DNA of 62,825 bases from Bacteroidales bacterium. Its GTDB lineage: Bacteria; Bacteroidota; Bacteroidia; Bacteroidales; UBA12077. Shown here piece by piece: positions 1 through 8,387 of this stretch. The position numbers were made by a program, and so were the translations under genes. Location: assembly GCA_028282585.1 (NCBI GenBank), contig JANQHR010000003.1, positions 1-62,825 of the forward strand. Reading direction: 5' to 3'. The notes below the pieces were generated by a model. The model was not told where the DNA came from. It made no database searches and worked only from the letters and a program-made list of their open reading frames with translations. How positions within the stretch are numbered: position 1 is the first letter of the stretch; each line of letters starts with the position of its first letter.

Positions 1-930
1 ACCGCTTGAGTTGTCACTGTTGGAGATTCCGGGTCAGTTGTAAACGAAACCTGTGCTCCGTATGTTGTTCCTGCCGTATTCGTTGCGTAAGCTCTGACAT
101 AGTACATTGTATTCGGGTTTAACCCTGTAATACTTGAAGTGAATGCTCCGGTAGCTGATACTGCTCCATCCTCGGTTTTAGCATCTGCTGTTGTAGGAGT
201 TCCGGTTGTATTCCAGCACACACCGTGCTGTGTTGGGTTAGGTGCTCCAAGATCAGTAACGTTTCCATTTCCGGTAGCAGTAGTTTGCGTGATACTGCTT
301 ACTGCTTGAGTTATAACAGTGGCTGGCTCGGGGTTGGTTGTAAACGAAACCTCTGCTCCGTATGTTGTTTTTGCCGTATTGGTTACATATGCCCTTACAT
401 AATAAGTAGTATTCGGGTTTAACCCTGTAATACTTGAAGTGAATGCTCCCGTTGCTGATACTGCTCCATCTTCGGTTTTACTATTTCCAGTAGTTGGGGT
501 TCCACTAGTATTCCAGCACACACCGTGCTGTGTTGGATTCGGGTTGCCTAAACCGGTAACGTTTCCATTTCCGGTAGCAGTAGTTTGCGTAATACTGGTA
601 ACCGCTTGTGTCGTAACAGTGGCTGGTTCGGCAAGAGTTGTAAAATTGCTGGCTGTTCCGTAGGAAGTTCCTTCGGAGTTAATTGCATAAGCATTATAGT
701 AATAGGTTGTATTAGCACTTAATGATCCGATAGATTCTGAATATGATCCTGTACCTGAACCGTTTGCATCTTTTGTTGCCCCTTCTGCAATGGTAGGCGT
801 TGCATCCGAAGTAGAATATACTATACCTTTCTCAGTTACTGTTTCGCCGCCATCGGATGTTACATTACCACCCAGAGTTGCAGAGTTAATACCTATGCTA
901 CTGGCAGCTGATGTTGTTACCGTAGGAGCT
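1..930 (-). repeat. Intragenic ~300-bp tandem repeats (3 units plus the start of a 4th)
   Basis: aaccctgtaatacttgaagtgaatgctcc occurs at 121 and 421. Equivalent TVTTQAV codons occur at ~1, 301 and 601, with a more diverged unit starting at ~925. Confidence 0.9.
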
Positions 931-1514
931 GAAGCGGCAGCGCTATGTTGAAATGCATCAATAGCTAAGTATCGGAGACTGCTGGTCAATTCAAATTCTA
1001 ACTCATCTATACGAGTTGTATTGTACGATGATAAATCTACATAAGTAAAATAGTTATTGACCGCACCTGAAGTATTGATTGACCCGCTTGACAATGTATA
1101 AGTAAATTCTGTTGAACCGTCTAACTTACCACGAATAATTACGTCTCCAGAATTTGAAATGTGTGGGGTGGCATCTCCGGGAGCAACATATAAGTCATGC
1201 ACATAAAAGTCACTTCCCGAATTGGTAATCGAACCTACTACTCCGGCTGATCCCATAACATTATCAATATTGTCAACATACCAGTCGTCAGAAGCAGATC
1301 CGTTCCATCCGTAACCTGGGAAATTTTCAACCTTCAGGTAAGAACCTGATAAGGTATAAACTAAACTATTATCACTAAAGGTTATAGTTCCGTCTCCATC
1401 ATTTGTAAAATATTCAGTGCTCTGAGCTGAGACAGAAAAAGAGTAGATCAAGATTAAAAATAAAAGCAATTTTGTTTTTATTTTAAGCGATGCTAAAAGA
1501 ATATTGTTTTTCAT
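1..1514 (-). CDS. Large secreted surface protein with tandem ~100-aa FN3-like repeats (5' part only; runs off the window)
   Basis: Not in the ORF track. Hand translation from ATG 1514 gives MKNNILLASLKIKTKLLLFLILIYSFSVSAQ (Sec signal), an N-terminal domain, then repeats PATVTTQAVTSITQTTATGNGNV...HGVCW...GLNPNTTYYVRAY.TN..G..YG..VSFTT. The frame is open to base 1. Confidence 0.88.
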   Translation of the reverse strand, partial: MKNNILLASLKIKTKLLLFLILIYSFSVSAQSTEYFTNDGDGTITFSDNSLVYTLSGSYLKVENFPGYGWNGSASDDWYVDNIDNVMGSAGVVGSITNSGSDFYVHDLYVAPGDATPHISNSGDVIIRGKLDGSTEFTYTLSSGSINTSGAVNNYFTYVDLSSYNTTRIDELEFELTSSLRYLAIDAFQHSAAASAPTVTTSAASSIGINSATLGGNVTSDGGETVTEKGIVYSTSDATPTIAEGATKDANGSGTGSYSESIGSLSANTTYYYNAYAINSEGTSYGTASNFTTLAEPATVTTQAVTSITQTTATGNGNVTGLGNPNPTQHGVCWNTSGTPTTGNSKTEDGAVSATGAFTSSITGLNPNTTYYVRAYVTNTAKTTYGAEVSFTTNPEPATVITQAVSSITQTTATGNGNVTDLGAPNPTQHGVCWNTTGTPTTADAKTEDGAVSATGAFTSSITGLNPNTMYYVRAYATNTAGTTYGAQVSFTTDPESPTVTTQA

Positions 1515-1577
1515 AAATTAATGTTTTTTGTGATTATTTTTGTTTATTTATTTTTACATTAAAATTTATAATTTTCG

Positions 1578-2588
1578 ATGGATAATGAAATACTTGGCCA
1601 ACTCTTCAGGCAACTAACAGACACCGATAGTTCGGAGAAAGAAATTATTCAATTGTTACAAAAGGTAAAAACCATTTTACATAAAAATTCCGAATATGCA
1701 GGTAATTACACTTTCGATGATATTTCTTTAAATAAAGGTGTTGCAGTAAACTGTAAATTAGCTTCCGATTGTTTTGATGATTATTTGCGAACATATACTT
1801 TTATGTTGGCCACGTTTAGATGTATTGGCAATAAAACGAAACGAAATACAGAAAAAGTTAAGATCTTATATGCAGGTACCGGGCCATTTTTAACCATTAT
1901 ATTACCTTCAATTTTCCTATTTACTTCAGATCAGATTTCAATAGCTACATTAGAAATAAACGAAACTTCATATAATTATTCTAAAAGATTAATTACCAAT
2001 CTTGGTAAGACAGATTATTTTGAAGTAAACCTGCATCAAGATGCTTTGACTTTTGATACTGATCAGAAATTTGATATAATCGTTTCAGAAACCATGGATA
2101 AGGCTCTCACGAGAGAGCCACAAATTGCCATTTTCTCACATTTGGTTAAGTTCCTGAAGTCAGATGGAAATCTAATACCTCAAAATGTTAAAATTGATCT
2201 TATAGCTTCTTCAATAAAGCTTGAAAAAAACGTTGATTTCTACTGTTATACCGACAAATGTACCAGAGAATTAAACAATAAGCACCGTCAATTTATTAAA
2301 ACTGTTTTAGAAGCGAATAGGCAATTTTACGAAACAGCCAAATTAGTTGAATCGGAATCACTTTTCCTGACTACAATCTGCACATCTCAGGTGAAAACCA
2401 AGTTGAACGAGTTATTGCTGTTAACAGAGGTCCAATTATATGAGGACCTCATATTAAAAGAAGATGATTCATGGCTTACGAAAAAATATATTTGCCATTC
2501 ATTTTCACGAAAAACGAGAGGAAAAGATTTCAATATCTACTACAAAAATAATGAATCGCCTATTATTACATTTAAGCTAAAAGATTAA
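1578..2588 (+). CDS. Class I SAM-dependent methyltransferase, PRMT-like
   Basis: Motif I ILYAGTGP, acidic LEIN, and DIIVSETMDKALTREP...FLKSDGNLIP resembling the PRMT double-E loop. Confidence 0.75.
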   Translation: MDNEILGQLFRQLTDTDSSEKEIIQLLQKVKTILHKNSEYAGNYTFDDISLNKGVAVNCKLASDCFDDYLRTYTFMLATFRCIGNKTKRNTEKVKILYAGTGPFLTIILPSIFLFTSDQISIATLEINETSYNYSKRLITNLGKTDYFEVNLHQDALTFDTDQKFDIIVSETMDKALTREPQIAIFSHLVKFLKSDGNLIPQNVKIDLIASSIKLEKNVDFYCYTDKCTRELNNKHRQFIKTVLEANRQFYETAKLVESESLFLTTICTSQVKTKLNELLLLTEVQLYEDLILKEDDSWLTKKYICHSFSRKTRGKDFNIYYKNNESPIITFKLKD

Positions 2589-3754
2589 ACGCAGAGATAC
2601 GGATTTTGCCAACCTGTTACATTCTCGCGATGAATTTCATCAAACACTTCATTATTATATGCCAAAGAACGTCCCTGTTCTATAACTAATTTACGAACAG
2701 TATTGGGTAATAATTTTATTTTTTCTATACTTATGTCTGGTGTTGAATATTTCGAATCTATATAAAAACTTCTTTCTCCTCTTGGTGAATTTACAGTACT
2801 TGTTTTCAGGTGTGAAATGATTGCTCCCCAGTCTTTTTTCTGAAATTCGGGAATCATTGGGTAAAAAGACTGTCCCATTTCATAACCTAGTAAGGAGAAT
2901 ATGTTTGCCTTATTTCCGGTTTGATTCAAATATGATGATTTGAATTTATTGTTTAGTTCATCTTTGCTATTGTAATCCCACATGGATGCAGAATAGAGTT
3001 CCATACTAAGATTGCTAACCTGAGATAATATTTCTTCCGAAGCCATATGTGAACTTATCACCAAAGGAACACTTCCATTAAGCTTGGATTTATGAAATTC
3101 GGTTAAAAACTCCACGGCCTCAGTACCGCAAAAAAGAGCATGAATGTATGATGGCGGGTCTTTTAACCAATTATCGAACACATGTTCAATCTGTCCTTTT
3201 ACCTGAGATTTTCCTTCCAGATATTGTAATACAAGGTAGTCAATTAAATCAGAACCTGCTGAAATAGCTCCTTGCCTGAAAGCACTTTGCAAATGATAAC
3301 CGGAATCGTAAAGAGGCATAATAACAACTCCCTTGTCTCCGAATTTCTTATGAGCCCAATAGCCCAAAGCGTACTCAGATTGCCAAAGTTGAAAACTATT
3401 TAAGTATACCAGGTCACTTTTATGTTCCATATGTGGGATATGCTCTCCTAAATCAAAGAAAAAAGCCAACTTCTTACTTCGTTCAATAGTCGGAATAATG
3501 GAAGAAATTGTTTTAAAATTAACCATTCCGGATACAATATCAACATTACTAAATTGAATTAACTTTTGAGTTGTTTCAGCAACCAGTTTATCACCCCCTT
3601 GCTTAATGTATTCGGGAATAAACTGAAAAATAATTTGATATTGTTCTGGTATTGCACTGTAAAAACCATTAACAAATGACGGAATCAAGTAAGGATATAT
3701 AGAGGAATAAGGAGTTAATACTCCAATTTTAATATTGTTGTTATTAAATTGCAT
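2585..3754 (-). CDS. Type 1 periplasmic-binding-fold (LivJ-like) protein without signal peptide
   Basis: IKIGVLTPYS N-terminal strand, SLLGYEMG and SPRG near the C-terminus, ending GWQNPYLCV. Start moved to ATG 3754 because the GTG at 3799 lies in a hairpin. Confidence 0.75.
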   Translation of the reverse strand: MQFNNNNIKIGVLTPYSSIYPYLIPSFVNGFYSAIPEQYQIIFQFIPEYIKQGGDKLVAETTQKLIQFSNVDIVSGMVNFKTISSIIPTIERSKKLAFFFDLGEHIPHMEHKSDLVYLNSFQLWQSEYALGYWAHKKFGDKGVVIMPLYDSGYHLQSAFRQGAISAGSDLIDYLVLQYLEGKSQVKGQIEHVFDNWLKDPPSYIHALFCGTEAVEFLTEFHKSKLNGSVPLVISSHMASEEILSQVSNLSMELYSASMWDYNSKDELNNKFKSSYLNQTGNKANIFSLLGYEMGQSFYPMIPEFQKKDWGAIISHLKTSTVNSPRGERSFYIDSKYSTPDISIEKIKLLPNTVRKLVIEQGRSLAYNNEVFDEIHRENVTGWQNPYLCV

Positions 3755-3775
3755 TATACTAATAAGTTTTAATAA

Positions 3776-3799
3776 GTGTCGGAGTAAACACTCCGACAC
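3776..3799 (-). terminator. Perfect 10-bp hairpin after the second collar gene (terminator or mRNA stabiliser)
   Basis: gtgtcggagt-aaac-actccgacac. Confidence 0.6.
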
Positions 3800-3808
3800 A
3801 ATAAGATA

Positions 3809-4396
3809 TTAAGATCTTGAAGGGAAAATACCTTTCAAAGCGATGATGTAATTAACTACACTATATGGTTGTACATTATAATGCGATTGTCCTCCACCAG
3901 CATTTAGAACGGTCACTGCCCCTCCAAATGATGCATCCATATTCAAATCAACAGTTGGTTCTTCCGAGTTGTAAATATTACTTGCATCAGATCTTCCCTG
4001 ATCACTTGCTGCCAAGGTAGTTGCATTATTTGTACCTGGTACTTTTTCCGTACCGGCAACAGGGCTCGCCTTTAATGTTACCGCAGTTGGATCAAATTGA
4101 GTTGCGTGATTGTGAATTGGCATTTCAGCCATTGAAAGAGAAACAAATTCAGTGCCTCCCATTTTTCCTAAAACATAATAACTTGTTCCCGGAGATTGAC
4201 CTGCACCAACAGGTACTCTTCCTCTGAAATCAGGCAAACCCATTGATGTCCTACCGTCACCACCATAAGTGGCTCCAATTAAAGCAAATAACGACTGATT
4301 TTGAGAAATTTGTAATATTCCACCGGCACAAAAGGCCCAGTCTTTTGGAGCAAAATTTGGCCCCCACAAGCAAATTAACGAGATAAAAGGTTCCAT
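3809..4396 (-). CDS. Phage tail collar domain protein (MdpB / microcystin-dependent protein family)
   Basis: NFAPKDWAFCAG, QNQSLFALIGATYGGDG, LPDFRGRVPVGAG, C-terminal HYNVQPY..VNYIIALKGIFPSR. Confidence 0.92.
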   Translation of the reverse strand: MEPFISLICLWGPNFAPKDWAFCAGGILQISQNQSLFALIGATYGGDGRTSMGLPDFRGRVPVGAGQSPGTSYYVLGKMGGTEFVSLSMAEMPIHNHATQFDPTAVTLKASPVAGTEKVPGTNNATTLAASDQGRSDASNIYNSEEPTVDLNMDASFGGAVTVLNAGGGQSHYNVQPYSVVNYIIALKGIFPSRS

Positions 4397-4425
4397 ACTA
4401 ATTTTATTTAAAGGTTAATAATAAA

Positions 4426-4456
4426 AAGTTAACGTTTCAGTTTTGAAACTTAACTT
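4426..4456 (-). terminator. Hairpin plus U-tract overlapping the stop of the first collar gene
   Basis: aagttaa-c-gtttca-gttt-tgaaac-ttaactt, followed by a T-run on the minus strand. Confidence 0.45.
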
Positions 4457-5037
4457 CTTGAAGGATAAATACCTTCTAGTGCTATAATATAATTCACAGT
4501 TGTATAAGGCTGGATATTGTCATGCGCCTGGCTTGCCCCGGCATCGGAAACAATCACAGTGCCAGCAAATGATGCATCCATATTCAAATCAACAGTTGGT
4601 TCTTCCGAGTTGTAAATATTACTTGCATCAGATCTTCCCTGATCACTTGCCGCTAAAGTAGTTGCATTATTTGTACCTGGCACTTTTTCCGTACCGGCAA
4701 CAGGGCTGGCTTTTAGTGTTACCGAAGTTGGATTAAATGTAGCCGCATGTGTATGAACAGGTAATTGCGAAGAAGCTAAAGTTATATCTTCGTAACCTCC
4801 CATTTGCCCTAAAATATAATTGCTTGTAAGTGGCCCATGTCCAGCACCTACCGGAACTCTGCCACGAAAGTCCGGGATTCCGAAATTAGATACATCATTA
4901 CCACCATAATTAGTTCCTAGCAATGAATACAATGCTGTATTTTGATTTATATCCAACAATGCACCATTGCAAAGTGCCCAAAACTTAGGAGCCCAACTAA
5001 CGGGCCATAAACAAATTAATGATAAAAAAGTTTCCAT
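4450..5037 (-). CDS. Phage tail collar domain protein (MdpB family), paralogue
   Basis: WAPKFWALCNG, QNTALYSLLGTNYGG, PDFRGRVPVGAG, HDNIQPYTTVNYIIALEGIYPSRS. Same length (195 aa) as its neighbour. Confidence 0.92.
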   Translation of the reverse strand: METFLSLICLWPVSWAPKFWALCNGALLDINQNTALYSLLGTNYGGNDVSNFGIPDFRGRVPVGAGHGPLTSNYILGQMGGYEDITLASSQLPVHTHAATFNPTSVTLKASPVAGTEKVPGTNNATTLAASDQGRSDASNIYNSEEPTVDLNMDASFAGTVIVSDAGASQAHDNIQPYTTVNYIIALEGIYPSRS

Positions 5038-5436
5038 AATATTTAATTTAAAAGGTTAATAAATATTTTTAAGTGAATAATTATTCACATTAAAGTATTA
5101 TTATATACAATATACAACATTAATATTTTAAAACCAACATATTGTTATTAATTTAACAAGTTAACATTAAACAAATACTGCAATATTACTGAATAAAGCA
5201 TTCGACATTATATTCAAAAAAATGGAATTAAATGGCTTGATGGAAAGCAATTTAAGAGCTATGCTATGGGTAGAAGTGGTGGTCAGCTATACCAAAACAG
5301 ATGTTATTTAAGGCAACAAACTATAATTATTTGTATGGTTTGGAGCGTTTCTTCTTAGACAGGATTAAATTATGGTATAAAACATAATCCTGTTATAAAT
5401 TTAGTTTGAATAGGATTAATAGTTTTATTCCGAATA

Positions 5437-5940
5437 TTATTGTAAATCAACTTTTTTAGAATACATTTTTCTATATTTTCGGTAAAGGTCAAATATTTCG
5501 ATGGTGTAACCTTCGTGTGTTCCCCATGGGTCATCTTCCAGCATTCTGCCGAATTTATCAAAACATGCATGGTAATTTGATACACCGTCATTTTCCTTAA
5601 TCAAAACTGCTAGCTCCCATTCGCCATAAGTGTTTTTGATTAAACGCATCTTATAAATATTATCAGGATTTTTAACATCATAAAATGACTCCTCATAAAT
5701 ATCCGGTCCAAAATTGCGATCCACAACTGCAGTGTAAACATTGTAACCATTTAGAGTAAAAGAGTTTTCATGACTTTTTTCAAATTCTGCTCCGGCCTTT
5801 TTACGAATAAGACTTTCGATTTGATGAAGTTTAGAAAGATTTAATTCACCTGATTCGGTAGTATGCATTTTAGAATATTCGTTATTCCCGGGATTTCCAA
5901 GTGATAAAATAAAAGCTAGTTTTACCAATAAAATTTTCAT
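5437..5940 (-). CDS. Hypothetical protein, possibly exported
   Basis: 167-aa ORF with ATG and a short hydrophobic N-terminus; no motif recognised. Confidence 0.55.
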   Translation of the reverse strand: MKILLVKLAFILSLGNPGNNEYSKMHTTESGELNLSKLHQIESLIRKKAGAEFEKSHENSFTLNGYNVYTAVVDRNFGPDIYEESFYDVKNPDNIYKMRLIKNTYGEWELAVLIKENDGVSNYHACFDKFGRMLEDDPWGTHEGYTIEIFDLYRKYRKMYSKKVDLQ

Positions 5941-6186
5941 AATTTTTAAAAACGATCTATCTAAATATTATATTTCTTAATTAGAATTAACTAATGTGTA
6001 ATACGGACGGAATGATCTTTTTCCTTTTTATTTTGACCAATGTGGTAAAATTTTACACAAACGGAATATTAAAGTCCATGACAGAAACTTTTGGTAAAAA
6101 AATGTACTTGTAACAAAAAATCCCTGCCAATTCTTAATGTCTTAACAGGGTTTTCAATAATCAAAAATATAAAAGGATTTTAAAAT

Positions 6187-7983
6187 TTATTTCTGCATTC
6201 GCTTTCGTTCGTGTTCTTTCAATAAAATCTTTCTTAAACGAATTGATTTCGGTGTAACCTCAACATATTCATCAGCCTGTATATATTCTAAAGCTTCTTC
6301 TAGTGAGAATTTAATAGCAGGAGCCAATTTAGCTTTTTCGTCAGAACCGGAAGCGCGCACATTTGTTAGTTTTTTGGTTTTCGTAATATTTAATCCCAAA
6401 TCTCCTTCCTTGGTGTTTTCCCCAACAACCTGCCCTTCATAAATTTCTTCTTGTGGTTCTACAAAAAACCTTCCTCGATCTTGAAGTTTATCTAAAGCAT
6501 AAGCTATCGCTGTTCCTGTTTCTATTGCAATCAATGATCCAACCTGACGTTTTTCAAAGTCTCCTTTAAACGGTTCAAAATCTTTGAATCTATGCGCAAT
6601 TACAGCTTCTCCTGCAGTGGCAGTCATCAGGATATTTTTCAAACCAATAATACCTCTTGATGGAATATGAAATTCCAGTAAAACACGATCGTGTTTACGC
6701 TCCATATTCATCATTTCACCTTTGCGTTGTTGGATAATTTCAATGGCGCGGCCTGAAAAATCTTCCGGTACATCAACAGTTAAAAACTCGATTGGCTCAC
6801 ATTTTTCACCATCAATTTCTTTGATAATAACTCTTGGTTGCCCAACTTGCAATTCATAACCTTCACGACGCATGGTTTCTATTAAAACAGATAAGTGCAA
6901 AACGCCGCGACCATAAACTGTGTTAGCATCAGCAGAATCAGTTGGTTCTACTCGTAAAGCAAGATTTTTTTCAAGTTCTCTTTCTAGTCTTTCTTTTATG
7001 TGTCGTGAAGTAACAAATTTACCTTCTTTACCAAAAAATGGAGAGTTATTAATTGTAAATAACATACTCATGGTTGGCTCATCGATAGAAATTGGATCTA
7101 ATCCTTCAGGATTCTCAAAATCAGCAATAGTATCTCCTATTGAAAACCCTTCAATTCCAACCAACGCACAAATATCTCCCGAATGTACCTGATCGATTTT
7201 CTTTTTTCCCAAACCCTCATATGTAAGAAGTTCTTTAATCTTTGTTCTCTTTACGGATCGATCTCTGGTAACCAAAGAAACATTCATACTTTGCTTTAGA
7301 GTCCCTCTTAGCAATTTACCAATTGCAATTCGACCAACATATGGAGAATAATCCAAAGATGTTATTAGCATTTGCGGAGTACCCTCGAATGACTTTGAAT
7401 CCGGGATATTTTTAATAATACTATCCATTAAAGGAGAAATATCATTGGTCGGTTTTTGCCAATCATCCGACATCCAACCTTGTTTAGCGGATCCGTAAAT
7501 CGTAGGGAAATCAAGTTGCTCTTCAGTTGCATCGAGATTAAACATTAGTTCAAAAACTTGTTCTTGAACTTCTTCCGGGCGGCAATTTGGTTTATCAACC
7601 TTATTAATAACAACAATAGGTTTTAATCCAAGAGTTAAAGCTTTTTGAAGAACAAACCTGGTTTGAGGCATAGTGCCCTCAAACGCATCTACAAGTAACA
7701 AAACTCCATCAGCCATATTAAGCACCCGCTCAACTTCCCCGCCAAAATCCGCATGACCCGGAGTATCAATAATGTTGATTTTATAATCTTTATAGTTTAC
7801 CGAAACGTTTTTTGAAAGAATGGTAATCCCTCTTTCACGTTCCAGGTCGTTACTATCTAAAATTAAGTCACCAGGGTTTTCATTTTCACGAAATAATTTA
7901 CCCATCAATAGCATTTTATCAACCAAGGTTGTTTTACCATGATCAACGTGTGCTATAATTGCTATGTTTTTGATTTTTTGCAT
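6187..7983 (-). CDS. typA: Translational GTPase TypA/BipA
   Basis: NIAIIAHVDHGKTT, ERERGITILSKN, DTPGHADFGGEVER, GRGVLHL and the BipA C-terminus EYVEVTPKSIRLRK. Confidence 0.98.
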   Translation of the reverse strand: MQKIKNIAIIAHVDHGKTTLVDKMLLMGKLFRENENPGDLILDSNDLERERGITILSKNVSVNYKDYKINIIDTPGHADFGGEVERVLNMADGVLLLVDAFEGTMPQTRFVLQKALTLGLKPIVVINKVDKPNCRPEEVQEQVFELMFNLDATEEQLDFPTIYGSAKQGWMSDDWQKPTNDISPLMDSIIKNIPDSKSFEGTPQMLITSLDYSPYVGRIAIGKLLRGTLKQSMNVSLVTRDRSVKRTKIKELLTYEGLGKKKIDQVHSGDICALVGIEGFSIGDTIADFENPEGLDPISIDEPTMSMLFTINNSPFFGKEGKFVTSRHIKERLERELEKNLALRVEPTDSADANTVYGRGVLHLSVLIETMRREGYELQVGQPRVIIKEIDGEKCEPIEFLTVDVPEDFSGRAIEIIQQRKGEMMNMERKHDRVLLEFHIPSRGIIGLKNILMTATAGEAVIAHRFKDFEPFKGDFEKRQVGSLIAIETGTAIAYALDKLQDRGRFFVEPQEEIYEGQVVGENTKEGDLGLNITKTKKLTNVRASGSDEKAKLAPAIKFSLEEALEYIQADEYVEVTPKSIRLRKILLKEHERKRMQK

Positions 7984-8005
7984 TTCCCCCTAAAATTTAA
8001 GCCTG

Positions 8006-8013
8006 CAAAGGTA
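8006..8013 (-). promoter_or_regulatory. Bacteroidota -7 promoter element for typA
   Basis: Minus-strand TACCTTTG matches TAnnTTTG just upstream of the start. Confidence 0.55.
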
Positions 8014-8079
8014 TACGTTTTAATGGAATATGAAATAGAAACAGTAAAAATTAATATATGTTTTACATGAAACTTTAGC

Positions 8080-8324
8080 TCTTAACTTTGACAGGGTTCA
8101 AAACCCTAACAGGATTAGGCAGCTCTTTTATTTTAATTTCTTCTTTTTCCGTAATAAAATATGAAAATGATTAGGCATCATGCATAAATATCTTCGATTG
8201 GTAAAATAAACTTTTCATATAACCTAAGAAAATGCTCATAGTTAGCAGTTTCCTAAAAAAGATTACATGAATTAATTCCTCGATTGTAAACGTGGTAGTA
8301 TTTTCCAAATTCTAATAATTACAT
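8080..8324 (-). pseudogene. Decayed REP-associated tyrosine transposase (RAYT, Y1 HUH) N-terminal remnant
   Basis: Minus-strand translation M*LLEFGKYYHVYNRGINSCNLF*ETANYEHFLRLYEKFILPIEDIYA, then after a frameshift MPNHFHILLR (HUH motif). It has stops and frameshifts, and the catalytic-Tyr C-terminal half is missing. Confidence 0.85.
8084..8116. repeat. Degenerate REP-like palindrome within the RAYT remnant
   Basis: aactttgacagggttcaaaaccctaacaggatt, similar to the copy at 8336. Confidence 0.65.
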
Positions 8325-8335
8325 AATAAATAAAA

Positions 8336-8368
8336 AACTCTGTCAGGGTTTCAAATCCTGACAGAGTT
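8336..8368. repeat. REP-like palindrome, probably also the terminator of the DUF2723 gene
   Basis: aactctgtcagg-gtttcaaat-cctgacagagtt (12-bp stem), followed by a T-run on the minus strand. Confidence 0.75.
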
Positions 8369-8387
8369 AATGTTTAAAGTATATTAT

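Noticed and set aside
225-663. Plus-strand ORFs 225-422 and 439-663
   Set aside because: Antisense shadows of the real minus-strand repeat protein.
1-930. Regular repeats as a possible CRISPR array
   Set aside because: The 300-bp period is in-frame and protein-coding, with no unique spacers and no cas genes.
3809-5037. Tail-fibre genes as a prophage
   Set aside because: No other phage structural, lysis or integration genes in the window.
5195-5358. Short open stretch (..GIKWLDGKQFKSYAMGRSGG..) in the spacer
   Set aside because: No start codon context or recognisable family; cannot be supported as a gene remnant.
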